NCBI GenBank assembly: GCA_963666315.2
Contig: CAXXHG010000032.1
Coordinates: forward strand, 64,001 to 128,000
DNA: 64,000 nt
DNA from: Candidatus Binatia bacterium
GTDB lineage: Bacteria; Desulfobacterota; Binatia; Bin18
Direction of reading: 5' to 3'
In this document: in pieces, positions 60,553-64,000 of the stretch
Position numbering within the stretch: the stretch's first letter is position 1
How the letters are laid out: each line of letters starts with the position of its first letter
Program-made: the position numbers and the translations under genes
Notes under the pieces: model-generated
Database searches by the model: none
The model's input: only the letters and a program-made list of their open reading frames with translations
What the model was told of the DNA's origin: nothing

Positions 60553-62967
60553 TTAATACAACACCTTGTCATTCTTGAGCCGAACGATGTCCTCATCTTC
60601 ATAGCCAAGGATATCCCGCATCACCTCATCAGTGTGTTGTCCGAGCAGCGGTGCAGGTGAACGGACGCCGTTTGATGATTCGGTCAAAAGCCAGGGAATA
60701 CCCGCATGCATCCGCGCACCCACCTCCGGATGTTCGAGCCGGGCAAAAAATCCTCGCGCGTTGAGGTGCGCATCCTCGGCGAGATCCTTACTATTCATAG
60801 ATGGAAATGCCGCCACTCCAGCCGCCTGCAGGAGTTTCGTTACGTCCCATTTGGAATGGCGCAGCGTCCAATCTGTCACTATCTGATCAAGTGCATCCTC
60901 ATTGGCCTTTCGATCAGCAGCCGTTTGAAAACGCGCATCGTTGATCAGTTGCGGTTGGCCAAGGACTTCACACAAGGCGCGCCATTCTTCTTCAGTCCCA
61001 CACGCAATGGACACCCACTCATCCTCGCCTGCACACCGATAACAATTGTGGGGAGCCATAAGCGGATCACGGTTGCCCATCCGCTGTGGCTCGGTTCCAT
61101 TCATGGCATACTCCATCCAGCCTTCAGGCACGAGGGCGGCCATAGCGTCCCATAACGACACGTCGATGTATTGGCCCTTGCCCGTGCGGTTGCGTGCAGC
61201 CAAGGCTGCGCAAATAACGACTGCAGCATTGATCCCCCCATTGGGATCACCATATGAAATGCCGAGTTCCTCCGGTGGCCCGCCCGGATGTCCGGTCAAA
61301 GCAGAGACGCCGGTCAGCGGGGCTATGGCCGGACCATAACCCATATAGTTCTTCTGCGGACCCGAATGTCCGTAGCCCGAAATCGAGGCCACAATGATAT
61401 TCGGATTGAGCTGCGTCAACTCCTCATAGCTCAGGCCCAGGTTCTCCATTACCCCGGTGGCGAAATTGTCCATGACCACGTCACAGGTCTTAATCAGTTC
61501 CTTAGCCAGCTCCAGACCTTTTGAGGTCCCCAGGTTGAGTTGAAAGCTTTTTTTTCCCTGACTCCACTGGTTGAATACGCCCGAACGATTCGGGCCGTGC
61601 TTCATGCCGGTTGGGGGCAACCGCACCCGACGGGTCATATCGGTATGCACCTCGGATTCGATCTTGATCACCTCAGCCCCGAGATGGGCCAACTGCATAG
61701 AACCGTGCGGACCGGCCCAGACCCAAGTAAAGTCTGCGACCCGAATGCCTGCCAGAGGAAGACCGGCGTGAGGGGTGAGGGGTGAGCGGTTGGGGGTTGG
61801 AGCAGACGAGGGAGTATCATTCAGGACTTCGGCCAGGACCTCACTATTATGTTCACCGAGTAACGGCGCGGGGCGGCGGATCTGCCACCACGGTTCTTTG
61901 AGTTGATACGGAGGACCGAGGTAGGTCAGTTTTCCAGCGCGCGGATGCTCGACATCCACAAAAAAATTTCGCGCATGTAACTGGCCCTGCTTGGCCAACA
62001 GCGGCATGGACAACATAGGCGCAAAGCAGATGCGCTGTTCTTGCCCGGCTCGAAACAGATCTTCGACCTTCCAGCCGGACATCCACTCTTCGAGATACAT
62101 CTTGAGCACATCATGGTTCTTGGAGCGGTTATACATGTCCTGGAAGATCTCCCAACTCGCCCACTCCGGATTGTCCATGAGCTCGACCAAGCGCTGCCAC
62201 TGGTCCTCTTCCGCGGTGATCAAAAAAATCAGGCCATCTTGACACTGAAAGATGCCCCATGGATACAGCTGTCGTCGTCCCAGACGTGAGGCCACGCGGT
62301 CTAGATAGGTGTAGTAAACAAAGTTCTGTTCAAGGATGGAGGCAATATAGGATTGGACGGACAGGTCAATGTGCTCACCCTGGCCTGTTTCAAGCGTACG
62401 CTGATAGGCCGCCAGAGAGGTCATAGCACCGGCCAGGCCGCCCTGGAAATCACACTGTTGACCAAAGGTTTTGAGCGGCGGCAGATCAGGCTCGTTTGAC
62501 GCGCCGGGACCAAGCCAAGCCCACCCCCCGGCGTGGGCCATGGTCAGCTCATATGATTTGTAGTCTTTGTGCGGGCCGGTCAAACCGAATGGCGTGATTG
62601 AACACATCACGAGACGCGGATTGATTTGCCGGAACGCTGCATAGGCTATGCCACGGTGAGCCATAACTGAGGGAGAATAGTTATGGATAAGGATGTCAGT
62701 CTGGGCAATCAGGCTAGTGAGTTGATCTGCATCCTGACTGATATCCAAGGTGATACTGCGCTTATTCGTATTGAGAGCGAGAAAGAGCCCGCTCTTCTCA
62801 GGGTCACCCTGTCCGCCGGGAAACGGCCCCCGTTGGCGCGCCACGTCGCCTTGGGGTTCCTCGACCTTAATGACATCAGCCCCAAGGTCGGCCATGAGTT
62901 TCGTGGCATAGGCGGCTGACACCATGTGGCCTAATTCAAGAATCTTGACCCCTTCAAGTCCCTGCAT
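60553..62967 (-). CDS. Tandem two-domain CaiB/BaiF CoA-transferase
   Basis: Two complete CoA_transf_3 domains; true start likely ATG 62967 (GGAGG SD); the upstream ORF extension lies in REP repeats. Confidence 0.92.
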   Translation of the reverse strand: MQGLEGVKILELGHMVSAAYATKLMADLGADVIKVEEPQGDVARQRGPFPGGQGDPEKSGLFLALNTNKRSITLDISQDADQLTSLIAQTDILIHNYSPSVMAHRGIAYAAFRQINPRLVMCSITPFGLTGPHKDYKSYELTMAHAGGWAWLGPGASNEPDLPPLKTFGQQCDFQGGLAGAMTSLAAYQRTLETGQGEHIDLSVQSYIASILEQNFVYYTYLDRVASRLGRRQLYPWGIFQCQDGLIFLITAEEDQWQRLVELMDNPEWASWEIFQDMYNRSKNHDVLKMYLEEWMSGWKVEDLFRAGQEQRICFAPMLSMPLLAKQGQLHARNFFVDVEHPRAGKLTYLGPPYQLKEPWWQIRRPAPLLGEHNSEVLAEVLNDTPSSAPTPNRSPLTPHAGLPLAGIRVADFTWVWAGPHGSMQLAHLGAEVIKIESEVHTDMTRRVRLPPTGMKHGPNRSGVFNQWSQGKKSFQLNLGTSKGLELAKELIKTCDVVMDNFATGVMENLGLSYEELTQLNPNIIVASISGYGHSGPQKNYMGYGPAIAPLTGVSALTGHPGGPPEELGISYGDPNGGINAAVVICAALAARNRTGKGQYIDVSLWDAMAALVPEGWMEYAMNGTEPQRMGNRDPLMAPHNCYRCAGEDEWVSIACGTEEEWRALCEVLGQPQLINDARFQTAADRKANEDALDQIVTDWTLRHSKWDVTKLLQAAGVAAFPSMNSKDLAEDAHLNARGFFARLEHPEVGARMHAGIPWLLTESSNGVRSPAPLLGQHTDEVMRDILGYEDEDIVRLKNDKVLY

Positions 62968-63026
62968 AAGAGCACCCTCCTTTAGAAGCTGCGCGACTCT
63001 ATCAGCCACTCCCGGAAAAGTCAGCT

Positions 63027-63330
63027 GTAGGGGCGAGGTCACCTCGCCCGCACGTAGCGTCAGGGCTCCCCCGCAGCCATATCCATTCGATTTTTGTAGG
63101 CTGGGTCCAAAGACGTCTGAAGGACCCACCTTCATTCGGTGGGTTGCGCTACGCTTAGCCCACCCTACTGCCGTGTCCGAGTCGAAACTGTGCGTGGTGT
63201 TGTCGCCGTTCCCCTTCGACAAGCTCAGGGCGAACGGAAAAAGAGGAGGCAGACAAGGCCCGTTCGTGCTGAGCCCCGTCGAAGCATGAACGCGCCGTCA
63301 TGCACAACTTCAACGTAGACGCGGCTCTAC
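63027..63330. repeat. REP cluster: GTAG-REPs plus MITE-like REP doublet (copy 3)
   Basis: GTAGGGGCGAGGTCACCTCGCCC (63027), GTAGG..CACCCTAC doublet (63096-63168), CCCTTCGACAAGCTCAGGGCGAACGG doublet (63206-63293). Confidence 0.78.
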
Positions 63331-63340
63331 GATTTGACTG

Positions 63341-64000
63341 CTATGATCCCTGTGGCACGTCCAACTGAAACACCTGCGCCGCATTCAAACCTAAGATCTT
63401 CTCTCTATTCTCTTCAGACAATGTGTCCATCTGACGCTCGATACTGGCAGTCGAGTGCGGCCAACTGCCTTCGTGATGCGGATAGTCACTCGACCACATG
63501 AAATTGTCAACCAGATCGAGTTCCTCAGCCAGCAGAAGTGTGGAGCGGTCATTCATAAAAGAGGAAAAGCAGTTGCGTCGATAGTAGAAGCTGGGCGGTT
63601 CAGGCAAGACGGGTCGCATCCACATGTGGTGGCCTTTGTGCGCGTAGCCCAAGGTTTCGACCATCCACGGCACCCAGCCGATGCCGCCTTCGATAGAGCC
63701 AGCCTTGAGTTTTGGGTGACGCTCAAACGTGCCGGAGGAAATCAAATGCACAAGCGGGTCCATGACCGTAGACATAGAGTGGCTGACATAGTTAATCAGC
63801 GCACCGCCGTTGCCGCCGACCGCACGTCGGTCCCGACCAGTGGAGACATGGAAGGTAATGGGCAGATCGACTTCTTCGACGAGCGACCAAAAGGGCTCAA
63901 ATGATTTGTCGTTGTACTGCAACTCGGCGTCTTTGAGCGGTCCAAAGATAGGTTTGTTTGGCAGGGTCAGTCCTTTGAAGCCTTGCTCTGCCGCCCATTT
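63341..64000 (-). CDS. Amidohydrolase_2 family protein, 5' end beyond the window
   Basis: TFH, IEGGIGW and WSSDYPHHEG motifs. Confidence 0.9.
   Translation of the reverse strand, partial: KWAAEQGFKGLTLPNKPIFGPLKDAELQYNDKSFEPFWSLVEEVDLPITFHVSTGRDRRAVGGNGGALINYVSHSMSTVMDPLVHLISSGTFERHPKLKAGSIEGGIGWVPWMVETLGYAHKGHHMWMRPVLPEPPSFYYRRNCFSSFMNDRSTLLLAEELDLVDNFMWSSDYPHHEGSWPHSTASIERQMDTLSEENREKILGLNAAQVFQLDVPQGS

Noticed and set aside
62968-63222. 85-aa N-terminal extension of the 889-aa ORF
   Set aside because: It lies in a REP cluster; a good SD precedes ATG 62967.
1-64000. CRISPR array, tRNA or rRNA genes
   Set aside because: No regularly spaced repeat-spacer units, cloverleaf or rRNA signatures were seen by eye.

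Overview
Moderately GC-rich bacterial genomic DNA. I found no rRNA, tRNA or CRISPR array. The gene content (many amidohydrolases, luciferase-like monooxygenases, class III CoA-transferases, SMP-30 lactonases, a P450, GTAG-type REPs and heptamer repeats) is reminiscent of Ca. Binatia or Tectomicrobia/Entotheonella-like organisms; this is inference only. The window is a catabolic/accessory region in heavy decay, with roughly 25 of about 65 genes showing nonsense codons, frameshifts, lost start codons or deletion junctions. Notable structures are: (1) two decayed but mutually complementary ECF sigma / anti-sigma / Spy-CpxP modules with a shared promoter motif, GTAAYYC-N14-MGWGTCTAA, at five positions; (2) a translationally coupled amidohydrolase pair in which one partner has lost its metal/catalytic ligands; (3) a run of cassette-like genes with degenerate attC remnants; (4) a dead IS30 element inserted in a REP and duplicated together with its flanks; (5) toxin-antitoxin loci that have all lost their toxins; (6) a MITE-like REP doublet in three copies; (7) a candidate small RNA; (8) an actinobacterial-type crotonyl-CoA carboxylase/reductase.
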